From an archaeon (GTDB lineage: Archaea > Nanobdellota > Nanobdellia > Woesearchaeales > UBA9642), in assembly GCA_043806035.1 (NCBI GenBank), contig JAZDHK010000023.1, positions 21,877 to 85,876 on the forward strand: a stretch of DNA of 64,000 nucleotides. Direction: 5' to 3'. Positions 48,191 through 58,271 of this stretch are shown one piece after another. The notes under the pieces are model-generated. The model saw only the letters and a program-made list of their open reading frames with translations, did not search any database and had not been told where the DNA came from. Both the position numbers and the translations under genes were made by a program. Numbering within the stretch: the first letter of the stretch is position 1; the number at the start of each line of letters is the position of its first letter.

Positions 48191-49813
48191 ATGCGAGGGG
48201 GTGGCAGTATAGGACTACTAACCAAGCTCATCAAACACAGAGTGCTTGCAGGAACCATGGTGGGGGTGGGGACGCTTGCGTATTATCAGGCAACGGGCCA
48301 TGAGTTGCACAACACGTTCTTGCCGGCAGTCCCTTCTGAACTGTGGGCGTTCGGCAGGGGATTCATCAGCGTGTACGCGCCGCTCTTTCTCATGCGCCGC
48401 TTCAGGCCAAATGAGTTGAGGAACATGCTGAACAGCATCCCTCTTTTTTTAAAAGGGCTCACGCAAACAAAGCCCGAGCAGCGACTGACACAGCATCAGC
48501 GGTATGGCGCGTACGTGTGCACGTCACATCTTGCCATCAGCCAAGCAAATGCGGCATTGCGGGCAGGCTACCTGGACGAATCCATCCAGTACGTGCGGAA
48601 GTTCATCACACACGCGCACAAGTCCAAGCTTGAACGGGCAGTTAATGATCTCAATCCTGTCTGCCATGCTGCCGTTCTTCTCGAGAAGCCACTACAACCT
48701 ATCATGTATCCTGAACGGCAGGACGACAAAGAACTCATTGATGCGCTGACGGTTATTCATCAGTGTTTGGAGGAAGACCTCTGGGGTTTGGCTGAACGCA
48801 GGACGAAAGCGTTGCTCAAGAAAGAGCTCTCGCTGTATTATCGGGCACATTGCACCGAATTGCTCGATGCGCTCAATCCTGCAGCAGCAACGGCGTCGTG
48901 GGAAGACCTTGCCCGGCGAGCCCGCGCTGCACCGCTGGAAAAACGTGTTTCTGGCGACGTTTGGGAGATAACGGAGAAAGGCATGCGTGACGTGCTCAAG
49001 ATACGGAAAGGGAATTTGAACGAGCTCGAGGAGACGCGTACGCTGTCAACGTATCTTACGAGCATCGCGGATAAGGAAACGGTGGTCATGCGACCTCTTG
49101 TCATCATCCAACAAGAAGACAAGGCCATGCTCGTCTATAAGCACCTTGACGGCATGCCTCTCACGTATGCTCCTCCAGAAGAGATTATGCGTGGGGCGAG
49201 GAGCCTCGCTACCATTCTTGCACGAGCAGAACATCCGTTGCTGCATGAGAAGCATGCAGAACACCAACGCATGAGCACGGCATCCTATCCGCTTTTCACG
49301 CTTGCCAAACGCACAGCATTCCTGCCTGAAGAAGAACGAACAGCTCTTCTCGAAGCAGCGATATTCCTTGCAGAGCGCTATCCCTCACCCTCGGTGATGA
49401 AGCGCGACAGCAGGCGAGACAACATCCTTGCCGGAGAGAAGATTGCCCAGATCGACATCGTGAATGACGGCTATGCGCCGCTCGCGGACGAGCTTGCAAA
49501 ATATTTCTATGAAGGTAGCAGCGTCGATGAGAAAACGTTGTCCGATGAAATTTTTTCGATATTCAACGAGAATGTGCAGGAGAAGATTGCTGATAAAGAA
49601 TGTCTCCTTTCCAGCATCAGGGCATCAAGCCTGGGCAGGGCATTCTCCTTTTACGGGCATGCGCGCGACAAGCCGTACAAGCACGGCCTGGCAAAACAGT
49701 TTCTCAGCAACGCGCATGATGCTCTCTCAAAAGTTGCACTCCAGCTTTTCGGCTCGGAAAAAGAACTTGTTGATGATGCGACCGCTTTGCTTAGAAGGTA
49801 TGGGCAGGAGTGA
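48191..49813 (+). CDS. hypothetical protein with C-terminal protein-kinase-like/APH-like phosphotransferase motifs
   Basis: KRDSRRDNIL and IDIVNDGYAP resemble the HRDxxxxN and DFG motifs. Confidence 0.35.
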   Translation: MRGGGSIGLLTKLIKHRVLAGTMVGVGTLAYYQATGHELHNTFLPAVPSELWAFGRGFISVYAPLFLMRRFRPNELRNMLNSIPLFLKGLTQTKPEQRLTQHQRYGAYVCTSHLAISQANAALRAGYLDESIQYVRKFITHAHKSKLERAVNDLNPVCHAAVLLEKPLQPIMYPERQDDKELIDALTVIHQCLEEDLWGLAERRTKALLKKELSLYYRAHCTELLDALNPAAATASWEDLARRARAAPLEKRVSGDVWEITEKGMRDVLKIRKGNLNELEETRTLSTYLTSIADKETVVMRPLVIIQQEDKAMLVYKHLDGMPLTYAPPEEIMRGARSLATILARAEHPLLHEKHAEHQRMSTASYPLFTLAKRTAFLPEEERTALLEAAIFLAERYPSPSVMKRDSRRDNILAGEKIAQIDIVNDGYAPLADELAKYFYEGSSVDEKTLSDEIFSIFNENVQEKIADKECLLSSIRASSLGRAFSFYGHARDKPYKHGLAKQFLSNAHDALSKVALQLFGSEKELVDDATALLRRYGQE

Positions 49814-49816
49814 AAC

Positions 49817-50293
49817 ATGAGTTTGCCCTTTCATCCTAACAGGGACAATGAGCGCATCTCCTCAGAGAGGATAAATCAATTCTTGCATGCAGCGCAGTAT
49901 TACGTGCCGAAAGCAAGATTGGTGCTGGATATTGGCTGCGGCCATGGCGATCTCGTGCACGCATCCAACGCTGCAGGCATACGTATGTTGGGCGTTGACC
50001 TGCGCGATGTCTTCTTGTATGATAGGCAGTGGTTTGTTCACGCTGATGCTGCCTATTTACCGTTCAAGAGCAGAAGTGTGGATGTCATCTGCGAACATTT
50101 CTTCATCGACGACATCATGATGCTCCAGGAAGACGCTCCCCGAAAGATCATTGCCGCACTTGCTGAGATGCAGCGTGTGTTGAAGAAAGGAGGAGCGGTC
50201 ATCAGCAGTCCGCAATGGTACAATTTTGCTCCTGAGTTGGGTTGTCTACTAGTTTCTGATGCGTACACGTACAAGGTGTATAAGAAAAAATGA
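49817..50293 (+). CDS. class I SAM-dependent methyltransferase
   Basis: The motifs VLDIGCGHGDL and LKKGG are present. The gene starts 4 nt after the preceding one. Confidence 0.7.
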   Translation: MSLPFHPNRDNERISSERINQFLHAAQYYVPKARLVLDIGCGHGDLVHASNAAGIRMLGVDLRDVFLYDRQWFVHADAAYLPFKSRSVDVICEHFFIDDIMMLQEDAPRKIIAALAEMQRVLKKGGAVISSPQWYNFAPELGCLLVSDAYTYKVYKKK

Positions 50294-50397
50294 ATCGTGG
50301 CGGCAGGATGTTCTATTCTCATTTTATAACTATTGTTTGATGGTAAAAAAAGAAAGGTTTATAGTGCGGCTTTGTTTCTTTGGCTTAGGTGATAACA

Positions 50398-50744
50398 TGA
50401 AGTATCTCGCGACAGGACTGGTCCTCACAGGAATTGCATTGTCGACAACAGGCTGTATATCCGGTGGGCTTGCAGACATTGCTTTTGGCATCGTCAAAAT
50501 GAAGGCGAAAGAGACGCAAAGAACACTGGTTGTTGCGCAGTTGCTGGATGCGGGGAATGTGCAAGCGGCACGAGACTCACTCCACGCATATCTTACTGGT
50601 GATGCGAAAGAGTACGCTGAAGTGCAAAAAACTATTGTTGATAAACGTAGCAAAGGGCATTATGCGTCATTAGACAGCGCACGTACTCTTGCGGACAGCA
50701 TGGAAACGGCAATCAATACCTATCTTAATTGTACTATCAAGTAA
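50398..50744 (+). CDS. putative small lipoprotein
   Basis: The N-terminus MKYLATGLVLTGIALSTTGC|ISGG ends in a lipobox-like Cys. Confidence 0.45.
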
Positions 50745-50778
50745 TATATTGTGTGTTGTTTACTGATTTCGTTTCTGC

Positions 50779-51534
50779 CTATTTTCTTCCTAAGCTCCAC
50801 AATAATTTAGCATAGATCTTAAATGAATTAGCGACTTCTTGGTTTTGTATGACAATGGAGAATGATTTTCCCTTGTTGATGCCGATAGTAACTGTGTCCG
50901 CATAAATTTCGAGCCAGGCATGGGTTATCATCCCTTCAGGCAAGTAACGGACCTCGCTAAGTGAATACGATGCAGATAGTTGTCCGTGCGCTTTTCTCGC
51001 ATTTTCATTATAGAGATAGTTGCAGGTGATTCCTTTTGCATATCTACGCTTGTGATATTCTGCAAAATAGGGTGCTAGCCGATCATACGCTGTTGTCGCT
51101 ATGCCTATAATCCACATCTCGTCTCCTTTCTGCATGATCTGCAATGTTCGCTCTCTTGCCGTCTGAATGCCTTTCAGCCCGTCATAAATCTGAGCGGTCT
51201 CTCCCTTCGTACTTGATTGCTGGCGCAATTCCAACTCAGGAATGAGCACCTTGAGTTTTCCTTCCTGCTGTTTAAGACCGTCTTGTTTTTCCTGTAAGTA
51301 GATGAGCAGCCGTTGCGGGTCTGCTGTCCTGAAATATTTCGTCTTGTTCTTGATGATGTGCGAGACGAGTCCTTTTTTTGCCAGTCGCTCGAGAATCTCA
51401 TACACTTTTGAGATGGACACATTGCTTTCTTCCGCTATTGGTCCTGATGTTGTTTCTCCCAGGCTGACTAATGCGATGTAGACCTTGATTTCCCCTTCTG
51501 TTAACCCTAGCTCTCGTAATGGCTCGATGTCCAC
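50779..51534 (-). CDS. trmB: TrmB family transcriptional regulator
   Basis: The N-terminal wHTH LTEGEIKVYIALVSLGETTSGPIAEESNVSISKVYEILERL, a coiled coil and a C-terminal domain are present. Confidence 0.8.
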   Translation of the reverse strand: MDIEPLRELGLTEGEIKVYIALVSLGETTSGPIAEESNVSISKVYEILERLAKKGLVSHIIKNKTKYFRTADPQRLLIYLQEKQDGLKQQEGKLKVLIPELELRQQSSTKGETAQIYDGLKGIQTARERTLQIMQKGDEMWIIGIATTAYDRLAPYFAEYHKRRYAKGITCNYLYNENARKAHGQLSASYSLSEVRYLPEGMITHAWLEIYADTVTIGINKGKSFSIVIQNQEVANSFKIYAKLLWSLGRK

Positions 51535-51578
51535 AATCCTACAAAGGGTGATTTGCTATATAATTCTTTTGATTTTAT

Positions 51579-51620
51579 CCCCCTCTAGGGTAAATAGCTT
51601 ATCTTCCCCCAGGGGGAAGA
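51579..51620 (+). promoter_or_regulatory. palindromic putative operator sites in the trmB divergent intergenic region
   Basis: A perfect 9-bp inverted repeat TCTTCCCCC-a-GGGGGAAGA lies at 51602..51620, with a near-palindrome CCCCCTCTAGGG upstream. The TATA-like TATAAAAT is at 51643..51650. Confidence 0.45.
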
Positions 51621-51674
51621 AATATTTAAGTACTTTTAACACTATAAAATAGTAACAAAAAAGAGGTGAGCATT

Positions 51675-52127
51675 ATGAACACACACAAGACAGGAAAACC
51701 AACCATTACAAGGAAACTGGCGATAGGCCTTATAGGACTGCTCTGTGCAGCGACATTGTATGCAGGATGCAATGCATATGAACAATCAAGAAAAGAACAC
51801 GATCTGCATCTGCAGCAGCTCACGAGCACCAACTCTCAGCTTGAAGGTGAAGAGAGAAACCTGCAATCGTTTGCAAGAGAGACACTCAGACGCGGGGACG
51901 TCATGTACAAGTATGCCAATGCGAGCCCGCGCACCTGGAAGGAATTAGAAGAGAATGACTCCACCTTCCAACGGCTTGCCGCAGAATACGACGGGGCAAG
52001 AATGGCAGAGCAGTGGCTGCGAAATTATGTGCGAGAAGACCGTGCAAAAAGAAACGAGCTATCGGTCGAGCTGACGGGAAAGAAATATGAGGACAGTCAA
52101 TTCTCTACCAAATCTCAATCTGAGTAA
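51675..52127 (+). CDS. putative lipoprotein
   Basis: The N-terminus MNTHKTGKPTITRKLAIGLIGLLCAATLYAGC|NAY ends in a lipobox-like Cys. An SD-like AGAGGTGA lies 6 nt upstream. The ORF opens at a GTG at 51666. Confidence 0.45.
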   Translation: MNTHKTGKPTITRKLAIGLIGLLCAATLYAGCNAYEQSRKEHDLHLQQLTSTNSQLEGEERNLQSFARETLRRGDVMYKYANASPRTWKELEENDSTFQRLAAEYDGARMAEQWLRNYVREDRAKRNELSVELTGKKYEDSQFSTKSQSE

Positions 52128-52159
52128 TCAGCATACAGGTATCGTCAATTTTTTTCAAT

Positions 52160-53026
52160 TTATTTTTGCTGCAGCATCATCGCCGATCCGTGCATCTCGT
52201 GCAGGTGCTCGCTGATCACGAGCAGCTCATGCGTTATGCTGTTTAGCGTTGGATACAGTTTCTTGTGCTCATCTCTTTTGACGAGATAGCTTCTCAGATT
52301 TTCGTCGCTTTGCTTGAAGAACAGCGATTGTGTCTCTTGCAGAAGAGCGAGTGTGCTCGTGAAGTACTGCATCGTTTCTTTCGTGAGCGATTTGTGTTCT
52401 TTTTTGAAGTCGAGTGTGCAGATTCGGTGCAGCGCGTCACCTATCTTTTCGAGATCACGAACTACTACATACTCATATACGGAACGTGCATGCTTGTTGA
52501 TGATGCGCTTGCAGAAGTCCGTGAGCTTGTTGATGGTATCTTCAAGCAGAGAGAGATCATTAAGACGTGCACACTCTTTCTGCTCAAGCGCGATTTTGCA
52601 GTCCTTCGCCAGATTGTTGATGATGTGCCACGTCCGTTCAAAGATGGCATCAAATGCCTCCTCTTTTTCCGAGGATATGTTCTTGATGACGCAGAGCTTC
52701 TCGCCTTGATAGACGATCTCGAATCCCATGAGTTTCTCGACCTTTTCCCGGATGCCTTGGAAGGCGAGGCTGCTGCTGTACTGCACGGTTATTTCGTCAT
52801 AGCCTTGCTGGTAGAGGAAACTGATGGTTCTGCTATCGAATCCTTCATCAGCGGTGATGGTCGCTTGCTTGCTTTCTGCTTGTCCCTTGCCGCTGACGAT
52901 GATCGTGTCCTTTTCTTCGCTCAGGAACAGATCCTGGCCTTTCTGGATGTGATATTTTTCGACGAACGCACGTGGAAGGCTGACGAGCAATGTCTTGCCT
53001 GCGAGCTGGATTGCTTTTCTTTTCAC
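52160..53026 (-). CDS. AbrB/SpoVT plus PhoU-like domain regulator (paralogue of 15288..16217)
   Basis: The N-terminus is KAIQLAGKTLLVSLPRAFVEKYHIQKGQDL. Confidence 0.55.
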   Translation of the reverse strand: MKRKAIQLAGKTLLVSLPRAFVEKYHIQKGQDLFLSEEKDTIIVSGKGQAESKQATITADEGFDSRTISFLYQQGYDEITVQYSSSLAFQGIREKVEKLMGFEIVYQGEKLCVIKNISSEKEEAFDAIFERTWHIINNLAKDCKIALEQKECARLNDLSLLEDTINKLTDFCKRIINKHARSVYEYVVVRDLEKIGDALHRICTLDFKKEHKSLTKETMQYFTSTLALLQETQSLFFKQSDENLRSYLVKRDEHKKLYPTLNSITHELLVISEHLHEMHGSAMMLQQK

Positions 53027-53039
53027 GATGCTGCAAGAG

Positions 53040-53228
53040 TAGAATGAGTATTTAAATCTATTGAAAATATATACTTATTTAAAATTATAATAGTATATAT
53101 CTGATTATATATTATATGAAAAAAATATATATCCTTCTTTTTCGGTAAAAATAGAAAATTAATGGTTGATTTGTTGGTTATCCGTCCTCAACGAAAATAA
53201 AATGTTTGAAAACAAGAAGGTGAGATGA
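53040..53228 (+). promoter_or_regulatory. extremely AT-rich divergent promoter region with multiple TATATA boxes
   Basis: The region is about 85% AT and lies between divergent regulator genes (AbrB-PhoU on minus, Lrp on plus). Confidence 0.45.
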
Positions 53229-53726
53229 ATGGATATGAAGGACATACAGTTCATTGCCGAACTGAGAAAGAACGCCAGAAAGAGCCTGACGACAATCAGC
53301 AGGAAAACACAAATACCTATATCGACACTGTTCGACAGACTCAAGCACCACGAGAAGAGCTTCATCATCAAGCACACGACATTGCTTGACTTCAACAAGC
53401 TCGGCTACGGCTGCGTGGCGATGGTCGTGCTGAAAGTAGACAAGGAACACAGGGATGCAATGAGAAAAGCATTGCTCGCGCATGACAGCGTCAACAGTGT
53501 CTACAGGATCAACAACGGTTATGATTATCTGCTGGAAGCAGTCTTCCATAACGTCAAGGAACTCGAAGAATTCCTGGAAGAGCTGGAGAGCAAGTTTCTC
53601 ATCGTCGAAAAAAAAACGTTCTACATCATCGAGCATCTTGCAAGAGAATTATTCATGAATGCGAGCTGGAAGACGGCAAAGGACGATGCAAACGGGCAAG
53701 GCACGATTCAGTTACACACGATTTGA
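53229..53726 (+). CDS. lrp: Lrp/AsnC family transcriptional regulator
   Basis: An HTH is followed by a RAM domain (GYGCVAMVVLKV). Confidence 0.85.
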   Translation: MDMKDIQFIAELRKNARKSLTTISRKTQIPISTLFDRLKHHEKSFIIKHTTLLDFNKLGYGCVAMVVLKVDKEHRDAMRKALLAHDSVNSVYRINNGYDYLLEAVFHNVKELEEFLEELESKFLIVEKKTFYIIEHLARELFMNASWKTAKDDANGQGTIQLHTI

Positions 53727-53768
53727 ATAAGGAATGATAAAATAACAGACGATACGGCGCTGTACCTA

Positions 53769-54668
53769 TCATTTTTTGTTATCTATCTCGAAGAATGAGA
53801 ACTTGACTTTCGGGAATTGCGCTTTCAGATCACGTTCTATCTGGTTCGTCTGCAGCACTATCTTTCTCACGTCTTTCTCTTCCTTCATCTTGACTTTCAC
53901 GGCGACCATGATGTCCGGGCCATAATGCTGCGTTATCATATTGTAGACTTTGTCGACCTCTTTCCTGTTATTGATGAATTTCAGTATCTCATCCTGCTCC
54001 TTCGGCTCTGCGCTCTTGCCAATCAATAACTGTTTTACTTCATAGCCTACCGTGACTGCGACGCACACGAGCACGATGCCGATGAAGAGGCTTCCAAGCG
54101 CGTCAAAGAGGGGATTGTCAGTGATGACTGTGGCAATGACTGCGAGCAATGCAAAAATCAGTCCTACCAGTGCTGCAACGTCTTCTGCCAACACAACGAT
54201 TAACTCGGATTCCCTGCTTGTCACGAAGAATTTCCACAATGGTTCCTTCCGCTGCTTGATAACGCGCACTGCCCCTGCAAGCGAGAACGACTCTAAGACG
54301 ATCGCGAGAACAAGCACGCCTATGGCGAAGGCAGCGTTCTTTATGTGCTCAGGATGCTGTATTTTGTGGATGCCCTCATAGATGGAGAACATGCCACCTA
54401 TGCTGAACAAGAGAATGGCGACGATGAACGCCCAAAAGTACGTCTCCCTACCATACCCCATCGGGTGCTCTGCCGTCGGCGCCTTTTTCGACTGCCGCAA
54501 GCCAAGGAACAGCAGCAACTGGTTGGCACAGTCCGCAAACGAATGTATTGCTTCGGCGAGCATTGCCCCTGACTTAGTTATTACTGCCGCAACCGTCTTT
54601 GCAACAGCAATGCCTAGATTGGCCAGTAGTGCATACACGATGGCTGTTGACGATGAAGCGTTGCTCAT
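53769..54668 (-). CDS. cation diffusion facilitator family transporter
   Basis: HSFADCANQ and a cytoplasmic C-terminal domain are present. The start is taken at MSNASS. Confidence 0.85.
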   Translation of the reverse strand: MSNASSSTAIVYALLANLGIAVAKTVAAVITKSGAMLAEAIHSFADCANQLLLFLGLRQSKKAPTAEHPMGYGRETYFWAFIVAILLFSIGGMFSIYEGIHKIQHPEHIKNAAFAIGVLVLAIVLESFSLAGAVRVIKQRKEPLWKFFVTSRESELIVVLAEDVAALVGLIFALLAVIATVITDNPLFDALGSLFIGIVLVCVAVTVGYEVKQLLIGKSAEPKEQDEILKFINNRKEVDKVYNMITQHYGPDIMVAVKVKMKEEKDVRKIVLQTNQIERDLKAQFPKVKFSFFEIDNKK

Positions 54669-54803
54669 GAGCGTATCTCTTGCAGTTCTCATATTTAAAA
54701 GTAATCCTGTGCGGACTGAAATGACAGGAAAAATTTTTGTCCCGAAGATAAACTGCACATGTGCTTCCTATGATTTTATAAAACATGCTGCATTCCTCTT
54801 CGT

Positions 54804-55760
54804 ATGCATCGCATGCACGAGTTGGCAGCACTCTACAAAAAGCATCCTGGTTGTGCACGTGCATTTGTGCAGCACGAACAGCAGGGACTGGAACGCTGCC
54901 TCTCCTGGCAGCAGGACTTCTCCACGGCAGGGCTTGATCTGCTTTATACGAGTAAGCATTTGCACAAGCAACGCCTCTTGGCAAGCGCGATCGTGCACCT
55001 CCCCCCTGATGCAGTTCTTTCCACGCTCGGCAAGGATGCTTTGCTCTGGGGCTGGTTTGCTTTCGACGGAGACTGCACCCTGCCCTATAAGGAAAGGGAC
55101 GTCTTGCGATGCGCAGATGTGCACGTTCATGCCTGGAGAAAGGCAGCCAATTCCTGGCACTTTATTTCGGGAATACAGAAGAACTATTCAAGCTTGCTGG
55201 CAACGTATGCACTGTTAGATAGGGCACACAGCACAAACGTGCCATTGCAGCAACGACTCATTGCTGCTGCAAAGAAACCTTTTCCTATAGAACAGTATTC
55301 TCTGACGTGGCTGACAACGGAACACGATGCCGCTCTAGGCTATGCTGATTTTAATGACAAGGAGTACAACATCTACTTAGATGCGCCTTTCGCGTTGACG
55401 TTGTGCAAGAAACAGCCCGTTGCTCTTGCAGGGCTCATGGCATACAGCAAAAATGTCTTGTTCATCAGGCAATTGCAGGGCCTCAACAAACTGCGTTATG
55501 ACGATTTTGGCGGAGCAGACCGTGTGGAGCACAACTGGGCGCTCGAGCCGTTTGATTGGCGGTGTGCGCTCGTTACGTGCGTACAGGACGTTGCGGCATC
55601 GCTCGGCTTCTCTCAAATAGGCATTTTGAGCGCGCATAACAACAAGTGGGTTCCTCATCAGCTGCCCTTCGAACGTGCCCTGAAGAACTATGATGCAACA
55701 GCGAAACGGCTGCACTTCAGGCAGCGCCGTGACGGGAACTGGTACAAGAAGATGGGATGA
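54804..55760 (+). CDS. hypothetical protein
   Basis: The product is 318 aa with no motif. Confidence 0.3.
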   Translation: MHRMHELAALYKKHPGCARAFVQHEQQGLERCLSWQQDFSTAGLDLLYTSKHLHKQRLLASAIVHLPPDAVLSTLGKDALLWGWFAFDGDCTLPYKERDVLRCADVHVHAWRKAANSWHFISGIQKNYSSLLATYALLDRAHSTNVPLQQRLIAAAKKPFPIEQYSLTWLTTEHDAALGYADFNDKEYNIYLDAPFALTLCKKQPVALAGLMAYSKNVLFIRQLQGLNKLRYDDFGGADRVEHNWALEPFDWRCALVTCVQDVAASLGFSQIGILSAHNNKWVPHQLPFERALKNYDATAKRLHFRQRRDGNWYKKMG

Positions 55761-55885
55761 AGGATGTTGTTATTCTTTACGTGTGCTTTAAAAAATCATG
55801 GCGATACGTTTAAAAACTTGTAGTGCTTTCTCTTTTTTTAAGAGGTGATGCCTCGACATTTCTCGAGGAGTTTTGGGGGATAGGC

Positions 55886-56350
55886 ATGGCAAGAATTCAT
55901 GAAGAGACTATACGCGGCATCACCACACGATACGTGCAGGCGCAGGATGGCATACGCATCTATCTGCTTCCTGGCATTCCCACTGATGCGGGTGAGCTCT
56001 TTTCAGAAAAAAATTTTGATTTGGAATCTGCCCTGGCAGGATTTCCTGATGGCAAAAAAGAACGAGCACGAGCCATAGGAAAAAAATATGCGGGAAGACA
56101 ATTGGATGCGTTGTCTGTTCTGCTCTATGCTGAAGAACAAGGAACATTTGATGAGTATGCAAGAACGTTGGAGTCAAAACAGGACTTCAGCAGCATTCAT
56201 CCTGACTTGATGCTGGCCAGAACTGATGTTACCGCGTTCTTCTTGAGACTGTACGCTGATCTGGACATTGCGCCAGTTGCAGAGGCAGAACGGGCTGAAC
56301 GGCAATTGAGCGAGTATGGTGTCGGTGTTGTTATTCATCCAAAAAGATAA
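55886..56350 (+). CDS. hypothetical protein
   Basis: The start is taken at MARIHEE. Confidence 0.3.
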   Translation: MARIHEETIRGITTRYVQAQDGIRIYLLPGIPTDAGELFSEKNFDLESALAGFPDGKKERARAIGKKYAGRQLDALSVLLYAEEQGTFDEYARTLESKQDFSSIHPDLMLARTDVTAFFLRLYADLDIAPVAEAERAERQLSEYGVGVVIHPKR

Positions 56351-56400
56351 GTTGAGGATATAAGGAAAGGTTTATAACGCTCTGTTCGAGGACAACTTGT

Positions 56401-57027
56401 ATGAATTGGGAATTGCTCAAGACAAACTGGGAAGAAGCATGGACGTTTCCACAGGGTGAGCAGCAGTTCAAAGAGCTCCTGAATCTCTACGGGCAGCCGC
56501 AACGGCACTACCACACGCTCGAGCACATCGGCGAGATGCTGCTTGATTATGAGCGAGCAAAGCACCTCGTCCAGCATCCACAGGCACTACTGCTGGCCAT
56601 CTTCTATCACGATAGCATCTACCGGCCGGGCAGCAAGGACAATGAGGAATGCTCAGCAGATTTAGCGTCCAACGTTCTGCGAGAGGCGCATGCGGAAGAA
56701 CAACTGATCAGTAAGGTAGACTCGCTCATTCTGACGACGAAGAAACATCCTGTCGTCGTTTCAGGCGATGCCGCAATACTTTCTGATTTAGACATTGCTA
56801 TTCTGGGAATGCCGCCGGATCGTTTTGGGGCATATGATTGTGCCATACGTGAAGAGTTTGCCTTTACCCCTTACGGCAAATACGTCGGTGCCCGCATTGC
56901 TGTCTTGGAGGGATTCCTTGCGAGGCAACACATCTTCCACCTGCCACTGTTTAGGCAAGCGTATGAGGGTCAGGCACGAGCAAATGTGCATCGGCTGCTG
57001 GGCGAGCTGTATGTGCGTTCAGGATAG
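56401..57027 (+). CDS. HD-domain-like metal-dependent phosphohydrolase
   Basis: The H..H...D pattern appears as RHYHTLEH...IFYHDSIY. Confidence 0.45.
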   Translation: MNWELLKTNWEEAWTFPQGEQQFKELLNLYGQPQRHYHTLEHIGEMLLDYERAKHLVQHPQALLLAIFYHDSIYRPGSKDNEECSADLASNVLREAHAEEQLISKVDSLILTTKKHPVVVSGDAAILSDLDIAILGMPPDRFGAYDCAIREEFAFTPYGKYVGARIAVLEGFLARQHIFHLPLFRQAYEGQARANVHRLLGELYVRSG

Positions 57028-57035
57028 TCAGCACA

Positions 57036-58220
57036 TTGCGCAACCCATATAAATCATGCGGGAGTCGCGCATTGATGGCAGTGGAGAGGACGGCGTATCA
57101 CAGCTGGTGTTTAGGAGCGTTATGCGAGGGCTGCAAGCGCTGTGTCAAAGGAGAGAAACTCGTCCTGTTCATAACAGGATTATGTCCACAGAAGTGTTTC
57201 TACTGTCCTGTTGCCGAAAACAAATATGGCAGTGATGTCGTCTATGCGAATGAGTGGCAGATTAATAACCCCGATGACCCACAAGAGTTGTTGGAAGAAG
57301 CAAGGCTCACGAGGGCGACAGGTGCAGGCATCACTGGAGGGGATCCTTTGGTTAAGACAGAACGCTGCTGTGCATACATTCGCCTGCTCAAGCAAACATT
57401 TGGAAAGAACTTCCACGTACACCTGTATACACCGCTCACCCTTGTGGATGAAGAACGGCTCAAGATGCTGTTCGATGCAGGTTTAGATGAGATCAGATTC
57501 CATCCTGATCTTGACGATGAGCGGCACTGGCATAAGCTGGAGCTCGCAAAAAAATTTTCATGGGCAGTGGGCGTTGAAATTCCCGCAATTCCCCATTATG
57601 GCGAGAAGACGAAAAAACTCATCGATTTCGTGCAGGGCAAGATAGACTTTTTTAATCTGAATGAGCTGGAACTGTCTGACACGGCAGCGCCACACTACAC
57701 ACTGCAAGAACGAGGCTATATGCCCAAGGACAGCATAAGCTATGCCGTCAAGGACAGCGAGGACATGGCAAAGACAATGGCTGCATATGCGGAAAAAAAG
57801 GGCATTCCCGTCCATTGCTGCACAGCAAAGCTCAAGGACAGTGTGCAAGTCCGTCAGAGAATACTGAAGCGGCAGGCGAGCACGGCATTGCCTTTTGATA
57901 AGAAGACTCCTGATGGACTGTTGTCGCGTGGCTGTGCATATCTTCCCGGCTTGGCTCCTGGTCTTGATTACAGGAAAAAACTCAAGACAGATATGATGGT
58001 GCAGATTGCAGAGCTTTACAGAAAGCGAGACCAGATTATAGAGCAGTTCAAGCTTGATCCTGCAGCCATTGTGCTTGACGAGAACAAGCCTCGCCTGCTC
58101 ATGAGCCAGGGCATGGTGAAGCGGGAGAGAAAACGCCTGAAAAAGCTAGGCTTGTTTCCTGCTCTTGTCGAGGAATATCCTACGAAAGATGCCGTAGAGA
58201 TGGAAGTGGAGTTTCTCTGA
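57036..58220 (+). CDS. radical SAM domain protein (NrdG/PflA-related, COG2108-like)
   Basis: The cluster motif CPQKCFYCP (Cx3Cx2C) is present, preceded by a CEGCKRC motif. Confidence 0.6.
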   Translation: MRNPYKSCGSRALMAVERTAYHSWCLGALCEGCKRCVKGEKLVLFITGLCPQKCFYCPVAENKYGSDVVYANEWQINNPDDPQELLEEARLTRATGAGITGGDPLVKTERCCAYIRLLKQTFGKNFHVHLYTPLTLVDEERLKMLFDAGLDEIRFHPDLDDERHWHKLELAKKFSWAVGVEIPAIPHYGEKTKKLIDFVQGKIDFFNLNELELSDTAAPHYTLQERGYMPKDSISYAVKDSEDMAKTMAAYAEKKGIPVHCCTAKLKDSVQVRQRILKRQASTALPFDKKTPDGLLSRGCAYLPGLAPGLDYRKKLKTDMMVQIAELYRKRDQIIEQFKLDPAAIVLDENKPRLLMSQGMVKRERKRLKKLGLFPALVEEYPTKDAVEMEVEFL

Positions 58221-58271
58221 ATGTGTTCTTCGAGAAAGATATTTCCCCCTTGATATATTTACTATTTATTA